A DNA stretch of 64,000 nucleotides. Origin: Klebsormidium nitens (lineage: Eukaryota > Plantae > Klebsormidiophyceae). A program made the position numbers and the translations under genes. The stretch is from contig DF237186.1 in NCBI GenBank assembly GCA_000708835.1, positions 1 through 64,000 of the forward strand. Direction: 5' to 3'. The notes under the pieces were generated by a model. It did no database searches, was not told where the DNA came from, and saw only the letters and a list, made by a program, of their open reading frames with translations. How positions within the stretch are numbered: position 1 is the stretch's first letter; every line of letters starts with the position of its first letter. Below, in pieces: positions 46,972-58,600 of the stretch.

Positions 46972-48552
46972 TTAAATCAAGTTGATCCTCTCACCTTTTG
47001 TCGAACCCCGCCGATCTTTCCTTGGGCACGTCTTCTTGTGACCACCTTGCCAAGCAATCCGCTGACAATCTGCAGGGGCACTGAAGTTTCGTTAGAGCGA
47101 GCAGCCAAAGGACGAAGTAGAAGTCGAGAACATTGAGTCATTCCAAGGCAAACTTTTGAGCTGGGCACGATCGTGCTGCCTCTTCAGAGTCATCTGCTCA
47201 AACACAACCTTCAAACCTTATCAATACTTCTCTTACTCACCTGCACTACAGTAGATGTCGAGAAAGCAGCCTCGGCACATCTTGAACTTTTCGTCTCCCT
47301 CCAACTTTTTGCACGCAGGATTGGAGCATTTTCTTTTGCTGACACGGTCAGGTCTAGCACGTGAATCCCTTTGAGCAACGGCCAGCCTTTCTACTCTTCG
47401 CTTTACCGCAGGATCCTTCTCCGCAAGGTATTTAAAGATCGCTAGGCGCTGCTGTGCTGTTGACACGGAGGCTCTGGGGAAACGGTCTTGAGGTACGACG
47501 ATCTCAGCGGTACGAGAAGCGAATTTGGCCGCACTTGTTCTTAGCTCTTCGCTGTATGTTGTACAGGCTGCAATTGCTTTGAATGCTTCTGGGACGCCGC
47601 GGTATCTTCGAAGTCTTAAGTAGATCTCTTCTCGATTCATCATTGTTTTCAACGCCAAAAGGGAGAGGCGTAGCATGGGGGGGAAGTCCGACTGCGTGAG
47701 GATTCTTGCAATCAAGTTCAAGACTTCATCCAGCAGAGACTCTTGCTCGCACGTAGTGTTGTATTCGTTGACCGCCAGAACAAGAGCTAGAGCGTTGCAT
47801 CCGTCGCTTTGATAGTCTTCATCCCTGAGCGTGGGCTTGCAATTCTCTTTGAATAGTCCCGCAATTTCTCGTATCATGCAAAGGTAAAAGTCCTTTCTTT
47901 TCAGCAGGAACCGCTTTGCTCTGGCTGACATTTTCACGAGCCTTGAAATTGCTCTGACGATCGCTCTTCGTGCGTCTGCTCTTGGTTCCGGGACCAGACC
48001 GCCAAAGTCTTCCATCACTTTCAGCTTGTTTGACGCGTGGTGCGATTGATAAAAGGTTGCTTCTAGCAGCTTCAACAAGTCCTCAATGTCCTTCAACAAG
48101 AATCTGGTGGTCCGCTCGTCCAGCGTCATGGCCGTGATGATGGTTGCGTAGACAGCAATTCTGTTTATCAAGAGAATCTGGCATGATCCTGTCTTCATAG
48201 TAGGACTTGCATTTGGACAGAGAAGCCACTCCCAGGAAGTTTTTGCTTCGGCCAAGCCTGCATGCACCTCCCTCAGGAATCCCCTTTGCAGGAAATACGA
48301 AGCGCATTCTGTTCCCTTGCCCAGTCCTTGCTCGTGCAAAAGACCAGGGAAGACTTCCTTAAACCTCCATAGCGCGAATTCTCTCCTCTCAAAGTCGTCA
48401 CATGTGGCTTCCTTCAAGATCTCTTGTATCCAGGCAGAAGATTCAGGTTTCCCAAGGTCGAAAGAAACTTGCTCATTGTCAGGAGTCATCTGTTCAAACT
48501 CGTCATAGGTCCGTGAAGATGTCTTCCATGTTACTTCGGCCTCCTCCGCCAT
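46972..48552 (-). CDS. MYND zinc-finger protein, paralog 2 (tandem duplicate)
   Basis: Exon 48552-47241 plus exon 47069-46972. The finger reads CSNPACKKLEGDEKFKMCRGCFLDIYCSADCQRIAWQGGHKKTC. Collinear with paralog 1 (EEAEVTWK, ILKEATCDD.ERR..ALWRFK, YFLQRGFL) with the same intron position. Confidence 0.85.
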
Positions 48553-50891
48553 GCTTTCCTGGACCTTGTGGATATTGATCTAGACACCTAGCTACTTTTT
48601 GATCAGCAAGCATACGAGCAGTCTTCGCAGAGCTTCTGGCGCCTTGAAGTTATCCGCGCTACCCACCTGCTGTGCTCTCCAACTGCGAGCGTTCCATGAG
48701 TATGCGCTCCGCCTTTGGGCTAACTTCATGTCCAGTGGATCTGGCGCCCTCTGAAATCAGCATCCAACTTCAGGCAAACGCAGCCTAACGGTGTTGATCT
48801 TCGCGCAGCTGCACTGCATCAGATGCGGTGTGACACTTTCACGTGATTTCACCTCTTAATAGTGATCAGTCCGACTTGCTGTAAAAATTGATAGCTGGAC
48901 TTCTCTGGACTTCGACTCGGAGCCCTGAGCTGAGTATCAACGAAACCCACCCGTGCGATCTGATCGGCTGCGATGACGAAGCGCGATTTGCTCGATATGA
49001 TTCGGACATGATCTGGAACAAGCATGCGTTCGAGTGGCCTACTGTAATACTTGCGTGCACCAGATTGACGGACGGACCAGCTCTGGAGTCCTTCCGATCT
49101 CTTGGCCGCTGCTATGATTCGCAACGTTCGCTACAAGCCCGGTACACTTACGCAGGCTTTGAGATGGGCTCCCATAAGGTCGTAGGAGAGAAGCAGCTAG
49201 GATCATTGAATAAGTAATGACGATGTCGGTCAAACCTTTTGATTACAGCCAGGGATTGACCATGTATGGTTGGTGACTACCAATCACTTTTGAGGCTGCT
49301 CGTGATAAGCTCGGCTGCACTGTTGCTTTCCGTCCAATTCATGCAGCGCCGGCAGTTCTTTCTGATTCTGATTCGATCATATAAGTAATCCCGCCGCACA
49401 TGCCATGCGCTCGACGGGTTCTCCGAACTCAGACTGGTCAAATAGGCCGCGCGCCGCGCCGATCTTGATGTGCATCAGCATGACAATCAAAGCAACCGCG
49501 GATCTGTCCTGGCATATATGCGCATGCATCACAGATGTTTAGATCATGGAAGCTTGCACCACGTACGTAAATTATACGTGTACGTTCATGCAATCTTTGC
49601 ACACGAATCATTAACGTTTGATCCTCGATAAGCACATGCATAATTTACAATGCTGGCAGCCTAGCTGGCGGGATGCTGCGCTGCACACTGACACGTCGAA
49701 TTGGACTGACTGCATATTGCGATGCAGAATGCAATATGCGCACGTTTCGATGCTCTTTCCGATCTTAAAGAGGGCGTGGCGATACGACAAAATTGCAGCG
49801 ACAGTAAGAGTGAGACTGCTGGCATTGGGTCGCTAAGATGGTACCACGTGGTCACCGGCTGATGTCATTTCTTGGCGACAATCAACTTGATACTCCGGGT
49901 TGTATGTCGCTCTTGACGTCACTGCGGATGCATCCGCCAACGCCCTCTTTAAGGCGCGGGCCACCAGATTCCCAGCCCATGTGCAAGGCATGGCAAGACG
50001 CAAACGCAAGGTGCGCCGGCGGGAGGCCCTCAATATAATATGACATGGCCGACGGTTCTAGGACACGTGGCTGTACGTTGGACGTCTTTCATCGTGTAAA
50101 CACACCAATCCGACGGTCAAACATTTGTGAAAATTTCAGTTAGCTGGCGCTTGGCAAGCAAGCGTGCTGTGCCGCTGATGTAGCTGGACCACTTCGTGTG
50201 ACCTAAAAGATACTCCCAAGCTGATCTTGCAATCGAGCTATAAATGCAGAAACCCCATTTTCAGGACCGCATGTCGACAGGAACCTGACCTGGTGATCCA
50301 ACTGTTCTATTGCTCAGGAGACCGAAGTCGCTCCTTGATGCGGACGCCGAAATGAAACACACCTCACAGGTTGCTCGAGGGAGGCGACGACGAACCAGAA
50401 CCCCCAGCCGTGATAGACAACCTGCGACTCCTGTGAAGCAACAGTCTGCTTTACACCTCAATTTAACCCACACCATTCTTCGTCATTCACCCCTCGGTCC
50501 CGGGTTCATCGATCGCTACAGACCTTTCTCGTCCTGCAAATTGGACTGCAGCATCAGCAGACTGCCGGACAACAGCACCGTTCGTGAGAGGCACAGAACG
50601 CTGGACGACTTTCTCCTCGCAATCCTGGCTACGAGTTAGTGAGAGCTGCTACGCACTTAGAACGGACCTTGCGATGACTCAAACCATGCTAGCTTACGTC
50701 TCTCCCTCGGAATCGAACTTCCGATGAACGCTTAGCAGAGCCATCATTTGATGCAGAACAATCTGGATTGCATGGCATTGAAGCGAGCGAGGATTCTACT
50801 GAGCAAGCTCACCTGTATGACTCTGCAGGACGCGGCTTGAGAACCAAAAGAATGTGACTTCTGCCCATGATTGCGTTCTCCTTCGTTACTC

Positions 50892-52552
50892 TTATTCGTC
50901 CGAGCTCAGCTTGGGAACCGGCTTGTTCTCGTAGTCATTGATGTTGACCTTCTCGTTCAGTTTCTGCACAGTCCACAATGTGTCAACGAATCTGAGACGA
51001 CCCGACTGTAGCCTCAAGTCGGTTGAAGAACCCCTAATGCCTCCTTCGATGGTCATTGCTTGAATGTTTTAATCTGGAAGAAACTTTTGTAGCTGCACAT
51101 CCTTTTCTGCACATCAAACTGACTGACGCTCAGAATCAGCAGTGGCTACTCCTTCGACGAAGGGAACAAGTACTAAACCACTATCATCGAAGTTTCTCCG
51201 TGGAGTCCACATACACTTTGAAAACGGAGGATGAAAAGAAGCATCACCAACGTGACCCCACTTCGCCATTTGAGCCCGTTACAGGCCCTCGTACTTTCGC
51301 AAGCAAAACTGTCACTCTTCGTCTTTGAAACACCCGGCCAAACGGACTGGAAAAAAAATTCTGCAACTCAGAAAACGATAGCCCTGATTCGACCAAGATT
51401 CACAGTATGGACGGTGGAGACTGCAAAGGATGATACCTATTCACCGCAGACATAAGCAATCTATTGCACGGCAGACCTGGCGGCTTGATGGAAAGGACAA
51501 AGTAATCATAAGCTGCCCATAAGATGTTGCGAAGACCAGAGCGAACGACCCCAAGGATTGTTCAAGTCAGCAGGTTTTGTTTGGGGGGGAAAGGACTGCC
51601 TCACCCGCAGTTCCTCATTCAGGTCCAATTTCTTCCCCTCGCTTTTCAGTTCCCCCTCCTTGTTCAGCGGCTGCAGTTGAGCTGGGGAGTGCGCGTTGAT
51701 CATCTCTCTCCGGCCCTGCAAAAGGGGAACTCTCAAGTGGATTCGAATTTGTACTGCGACCAAGCTCACTACTCTGAAAACACTCTTGAGATCAGGTAAT
51801 ATCGAGACTTTCTGCCACCAGATTTCTGTGCAGACAAACCCCGAAGATTCTGAACAGGAATACTGTGATCTGGGCAAAAAAGATCGCTGACCAGGACGCG
51901 CCGCTGATTTGTCACATCTTTTGCAGAAGGTTGCCGAACGGTGTCTGGCTCATTTGTATCTCACTGAAGCTGGCGCATTTCAACATATTGGCAAGCACCT
52001 GGTCCAATATCCTTAACGAGCAAGGAGCTATGCAGAAGGACCCCTTGCTGAAAGGCCCCTCAGATTGGACTGAAGTCGGCGCTTCAGGGCACATTAGAAT
52101 TGAGGAACAGAGCTGGGCAGACAAGATAGAAAACCATTTCAACTGAGCTTCGTAGTCAGCCCTTCCGCAGTTTTCAAGATTGCTTTATATCAGGGCATCG
52201 GTTTCTCGCCCTTCAATAGAGCTGGAGTTTCAAGCCACTGAGTGGCTCTAGAAGGCAGCGATGGTTTGGGTGGCCCGTACTACTCAACAAAGACTGCCGC
52301 TGTCAAGTAGCTTCCGATTGTCAAGACAGCATGATGAAAAGAAAGATACGCCCTCTGACACCACTTTGAATGCTGGTGCGTGGCCCTACTTTGGTGGTGG
52401 TCAGACAGGCCTTGCTGGCGGAGAAAGCTGGTACTAACCTGAGTCAGGTGCACAAGACCGTAGAAGCCCACTACTGAGAAGACGGTCATTGGCAAACCAA
52501 ACCGGAGAAAGGGGCCCCCACCACCAGCGCGGCGCTTGCGCACCTGGTCCAT
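50892..52552 (-). CDS. COX16: Cytochrome c oxidase assembly protein COX16
   Basis: Exons 52552-52439 (MDQVRKRRAGGGGPFLRFGLPMTVFSVVGFYGLVHLTQ), 51715-51605 (GRREM...KKLDLNEELR) and 50963-50892 (KLNEKVNINDYENKPVPKLSSDE*). All introns are phase 0, and the product resembles plant COX16. Confidence 0.85.
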
Positions 52553-53037
52553 CAATTGGCACCGAAGATAATCTGGTGTCCTGCGCCTGCTTCAGCAGGG
52601 CTGGTTCAAAGCATTGTGACCTTTTCAAGAGTATTTTGTAACAACAATCATCGCTTTCATCTCCTTTGACATGACCTACTCAGCTCGCAGTGGCGTCTCT
52701 GCTGTTTTGAAAGGTGCATGTTGTGTCTTATTCGAATGCACTTGTGCTTGCAAGTTGCAGACTTTGCTTGCAAGCTGAAACTTTGAAGGGGCATCTTTAG
52801 TCCCAGGGCCAGGGCCGTAGGCTCAAATGGGACCAGCCACATTAGATACGGCTGTAGCCAGCTTTAGCCAGTGATGTAAAGCAGGAGCACTAATCTGACG
52901 ACCGACGAGGCCTTCATTCTGGACGTTTGGCATATTCACACCTTGACACTGCTAACACATACTGGCTGTGTTCGAGCCTTGCAAGGCTCAGCTTTGCAAT
53001 TCAGCTGCCCCCGGATAGCTACACAATCATTGACATA

Positions 53038-54565
53038 ATGGCGGCTACATCCGCAAGTATTGTGGGGCCTCGGCTGAGCACTACATTGGCACCAACTTGT
53101 CGTGCTCAATGCAGCTCGCAACAGAGGGGTTTGGCTCCTGTTTCATGCCCAATTGGGCGAAAGCATTCCTCCCAGCTAAATGCACACACCTTGCAACGAA
53201 TTGCAAGCAACCCTGTGCAGAACCTTGAAAGTTCTAGATCCAGGAAAGGATGTTTACATCAGAGAGCTCGGAGGCGAGCTGTACAAAGAGTCAATGCTCA
53301 AGTAACTGAGAATGAGACTGCCGAAGAGGCTTCTGTAGCAGCAAAGAAAGAGTTTCTAGAGGATGCTAAGTCCTTGGGCAGCGTCCGGCTGATTGTGAAT
53401 ACTGGCCTTGGCGTCCTTGAATCTGTGACTACGCTGGAGAAGCTCTTCTATCATCCCATGCCAGGTTCGCAGAGCCCGCTCTTTTCTTTCAATGTGAAAC
53501 TGGACTTAATGCCACCATTGTCAGACAACTTCAAGGATGGGCTGACAGCTCACAAAATGTGGCATGCTCAATCTCAAAAGATACAAGTCTTTCGGTCCAC
53601 CAGAAGTCTTGTGGTTCAAGACCATCAGATCCTATAGCTTTTCTGTTGTGCTGTCTGAGCCGCTCCCAATCTGAGTTGGAGTTGGTCACTGCAGTTTTTT
53701 CCCTACCATGAGTAGCCAACTATAGAAATAGCTGAGCAACTAACCACCGCTGGAGAAGGAATTGTAAGCATACTTGCAGGAACTGCCCCTGTCAAAGCCA
53801 GTACTAAAGTTTGCATATTATCCGCAGGTAAAGGACTGTATGCGAACCTGATGAACAATGATGACAACGTGGATTTCCATCTCCTTCTGGACAAGGTAAG
53901 GTGTTCATCTGTCTTTGAAAACTTGAAAAATCGCAGTTTTGGGTTAAGTTGAAAGATCCACAGATTTTCATACATGTCATATGTCGAGAAGTGAGACAAG
54001 CACTCGTGGAAGCAAGGATGATGGTCGGGGGCGTATCCGAAACGAGGCTCACTTGTTCCCCAAGTCGAATGCAACTGCAAAAACGAAACGCCCAAAAACG
54101 TTCCTTGTCAACCGAAGAAAACATCTTTTCGAAACTTTAACCTCAGAACAGACGAAGGAGGAAACGCTTCAACAGTTTGGGCCTTTAGCGGTGTTCTTGA
54201 CACGTGACCGTGTTTAAGTTTTCGATTAGTGTACAAGGACGGAAAGTTCTCCCCCCGCACTGGTCACTTACGGATTGTTGCTGTTGACAGCTGGTAGATA
54301 GAGAAACACAGATTGTTGGATTGACAATTCTGGCAAATCTCATTTCCGACCCTTGCAGGTTGCTCGAGTCAACTTGGTGACGGCCAAGTCAAAGCGGGGC
54401 GACTTCCAAACACACACAATACGTTTTTATGATACCGAATCATTCAATGGAGCCAGCATCTTCGTCATGTGGAAGTCCGGGACCATGGGAGAATATGCTG
54501 AGGGCCAGGTCGAGGCTTTCGAAAGCTTAGTGAAGAAGTATGGCGAGGAGATTACATTTGATTGA
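53038..54565 (+). CDS. Plastid-targeted ChuX/HutX(HemS-fold)-like putative heme-binding protein, cyanobacterial type
   Basis: Exons 53038-53464, 53828-53895, 54359-54565. After a Ser/Arg-rich transit peptide the mature part reads EFLEDAKSLGSVRLIVNTGLGVLES..LEKLFY..GKGLYANL..DFHLLLDKV..AKSKRGDFQTHTIRF..SIFVMW..GEYAEGQVEAFESLVKKYG. This resembles cyanobacterial ChuX-like proteins as I recall them; no search was run. Confidence 0.75.
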
Positions 54566-55658
54566 TGAAGTGAGCCTAGTCGAGATGATTCCAATCTCAA
54601 ATTTGTTAAGCACGCTTTTATATCGTTCCCTTGAACACTATCGGGCGGTACGCTTGTCATCCGCTATGTCACTTTCGGCATTGAATTGATATGCTCACTT
54701 TCGAGCTTTTGGGCAATGGCGCCAGGCTAGGCCGTCAGCGACCAAGCACCACCATTGTTGACAAGAGCAAAGCGCACGGCAAGAAGTTGAGGTTTTGAGG
54801 ACTGCGACGGTTGCATGGGAAACGTCCGACACTTGTCGGGCGGCTCATACTTCGTACGTTATGTAGATATGGGCCAGACTTTGCTTGGCGGCAGCATCCT
54901 ACATATCATTGCCGTGCACAAGGCATCTGCACGTACGTACGAAGCTTCCAGGCAATGGTTGTGCAATTAATCATGTGTCACGATCGCATGGCGCAGCTGC
55001 CAGTGCACTGAGGGCGAGTGACACAAAAACCATGCACAGAGCCCCTGGCACGTGCATTGCTTAATGACGCAGGCTCGATCGAGTCCTGCAAGCGGGCCGC
55101 CCCTGCAGGACAGGCAGACTCATCATATTTGGCAGTACAGCTCGCCGGATCAGATGCATCTTATATGAAAGTATCCACCGATGTCACCATGTGTGCTGCA
55201 ACCGCGCTAATTGTTCCCCCAGTTAGTCAGAGAAAGGTTGCGATGCATCATTAGCTGTTGCTGGCAGCTCGCACATTATGAAGTATGAATGCAGGCATAC
55301 ACTGAGCAATTCAGATGTCCCAGATCCCGAGTCCACAGTCTTTGCAGCCGTGATTGGATCCCGTCCTAAAAGTAAGAGGTACATTTTCTTCCAAAATCCA
55401 TTTAGTCCTACGTGTGCGAGTTTCCACTGATCGCCAATGAAATCCACCTACTTTACTGAACCAGACGAGGGTCTGCCCTCTAAGCCAAGAAAGCTCAGAA
55501 GCAGGTTAGTTGCAACGGCCTACCTCATCAATGTAACTTGTCAGAGTTCGGATAGGCCTGTCTATACAGAATTTTGGATTGCAATTAGTTAATGCCTTCC
55601 GGCTCTTTTCTGCAAGCGGGCTGTCTATTAAAGTAAGAATCCTCGGCTTCAAAACGCC

Positions 55659-58600
55659 TCACGCCTCTGGCTCTTTTCGTTTGGCGCCTGCAGCTGGGGT
55701 CGGCCTGGCCATGGTATAAACGGCACTGCACACAGAAGGGACGACAGGTCAAGGTCGGTGTTGTGCTGCCACGTCGTCACGCACAAAATCTGAACCGTCT
55801 ACAGACCTGAGGAACCTCAACGAAAGAACCAAAAGCTACAGTCCCAGAGCTTGCGTGGGCGTCTCGCCTTTGATCAGTCGGGAGCTTTGCTTCGAAGCAG
55901 ATCTTGAGACAAAAGCAGGGACCCTCGATCAATTTCTAATCGCCAAAAAGCTGAAAAGCGCTTCTTCTCAACTTCGTCGGATACATACACACTGAAAACG
56001 CGTGTCGCAGAGCTAGAGATGCTCACCCGCATGTTGAGCACTCCCGGGAGAACTGGCAGAAGATGGACAGGCAGACGGAGCAGACGAAGCCCAGGTCGAT
56101 TGTCTTCTTGTGGCAGAAGCACCTGTGCAAATCCATCGAACTTAGAACAGCGTCCGCTACATCCGTCTTGTACCCGGCTGGGTTCAAAGCAGCATGCGCG
56201 GTGCACCGCATGGGGCGGCCGCTTATCGTCGAAGAGGACATTCAAGATTGAAAACGAATGGCCAGCAGGAGGGCGGGTGCAACCGGCTACAGGTTACGCG
56301 GAATCTAACCAAGCCTGCGCAGAGAACCGGCACATAAAGGAAGGCAAGTAGGCAGGAACCGACAGGAAAGCACAGACAGAAAGGCTTACGAGGCGCGAAA
56401 GTCGACGCCTGCCGGCCGGGGCGCGAGCAGGAACTGCCGCGAATGAAGGTCCATGGCGGGGACCATCTGCATACGACGAAAGCTAGCTCAGCCCGTGCTT
56501 TCGAAGTCGCAAGAAGCGGGTTCACATCCTATGATGTCTCGGAGACCAGATTCTCAGGCTAAGTCTTTAAAAGGTGCTTTTGATCCCCGTTCTTTGATCA
56601 ACAGTCTTTGAAAGGACTCAAAAACTTCAGATTCTCATTGGGGATTGCCATTCGTCTAAATCATTCGATGAGTATCCGGAACGGATCGTCGCTACTTAGG
56701 AGTTGTCGCCCTCAAGAAAATGCCCAGTCACGCGCTTTCGAGCCGGCCGCCCGGCCAGGGTGGGCAATCGACACGAGCTTTGCCATTCGACGATCTTATC
56801 CATTTCATCGACCGCAAGAAATGAACTCGACTGTCCAGGCCTCAAGAAGACAGAGGGAGCGCAGGCAGCGACTTAAAAGATCACCGCCGGAGCCTTAAGA
56901 GCTCGACAACTCGACAAAGCAGACCAAGAGCCTTTTATTGAAAGAGCGGAGCGGCTTAAAAGTGACTGCAACGCTCGCATGAGGTGGGCCCAAACAGCGG
57001 CTCTGACTTCCTACACAGCCCCGTCCAACTTCAGCAAGTTCCGACTCCGTAAGGCGGCACTTGTTCCGGTTGTAGAACTCCTGACGAATAACCGCAAAAA
57101 GGAATTTCCGCGACTTAGGTCGCCAACAAGGAGCCCCGGTTTTTTGACCGCGAATTCACCATTTCTGACAAAACCACACCGAGTGTCTCGAATACCTTAA
57201 CACCCTGGTTCAAAACTGAACGAAAACATGCGATACAAAAACCAGACTGAGACGAGGAGCTTTCGGACACCCAAAAACTAAGTCTGAAAAAAACGGGGCA
57301 CTCACGAGAAGATACTGTAGAAGGGCCTCTGGCCGGGGAGGCTTTTGGTACAGCCCTCCCGTGAGGTGCGCGGCCTGCAAGTTCGCAACAGACTTATGCA
57401 CGAGGTCTACGGGAACATGGCTAAAGGTATCCGAGATGATCAGCCAGATATGGGAATACAAGTATTGATGACGAGACCCGCTTCTTATTCTTTCAACCAG
57501 TTGTAGTTTTGAATTGCAACCAACGATGCCCGCTAATCAATCGATATCATCATGAGAACCGGTCCTTCTGTGAACAGCTGGTCCGAGCGCTTTGCAACGG
57601 TCTTGGAAAATCTCGGAGACTGAATTTGATGCAGGCACTCCATTAGCCATCGACGAAATCCAACACCCAGGGCCTCCTTCTTGATAGTGCTGGCAAATCA
57701 GGATCGTGACGGTTCACCAGCTACAGCTCTGCTCACAAATGAGATCAACACGCCCAATCCAATAAGCTGGGAATATCAATCTCTCAAAAAATCCCTCATG
57801 CAAAGGGTAGTACGAAAACGGACGGGCTGCAGCCAATGCCAGCGCACTCGCCTCTAAGAAAACGAGCAACTTTGGAATTCTCATGAGATTCACGGAAGGG
57901 CCTTAGGCTCGTGGACTGACCTGCTGCAGGAAAGCGGAGTCCTGGCCTCCGATCATGCATACGTCAATCGGAACCTGCACAGAAATCGAGTAGTGGTTTG
58001 CATGTGCCAAACAAAAGATAACGGGTTACGATTTGTTGCACGCTACTTGAGGTTCAAAGGTTTGTCTTTTTCAGGGCCGTTACAGCGGCAGCTCCTGGTC
58101 GATCCGGCCTTCGAAGGGCGTTACGGCTTGTCTGCTAGATGCGCCGTCTTCTGTCGTTCCTGAGTACGCCAGTCTCCAATAAAAACGTCACCCGGAAACA
58201 AATCTCGGGATCAATGGACTGCCGTAATCTAGGACACGACGACCGAGACATTGGGACGATTGCGAGGAAAGTGCATGAAGCATCCAAAGGACGAGAGGCG
58301 GTAGCAGGCACGCATATCAATAAGGAAAAAGGGAATGGAAGACAACATAGATTATCAAGTGTGCATACAACAAAAGGACTGTGAAGGATAAATGAGGGGA
58401 AACGCGGTCTGTGGGTTCAGACAAATAGGTGAAGCTACTCACTTGCAACTTCTGTGCTGAGAACATGGCATTCATGGTCGCGATGTACCTGCGATTGGAC
58501 GATGCAAGATGAGTACAGGGACTACGAGACTCGTCGCATAGCGCCGAAATGGTCCTTCCTGTGTGTCACCGCCTTGCCTCGGAAAACGAGGTCAAAAAGC

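Noticed and set aside
48849-49233. Short ORFs upstream of MYND paralog 2
   Set aside because: No motif, no coding-like codon bias and no convincing splice model.
56980-57090. Possible alternative TFB4 exon 9
   Set aside because: In-frame stop and no real nucleotide similarity. The true exon is 56466-56390.
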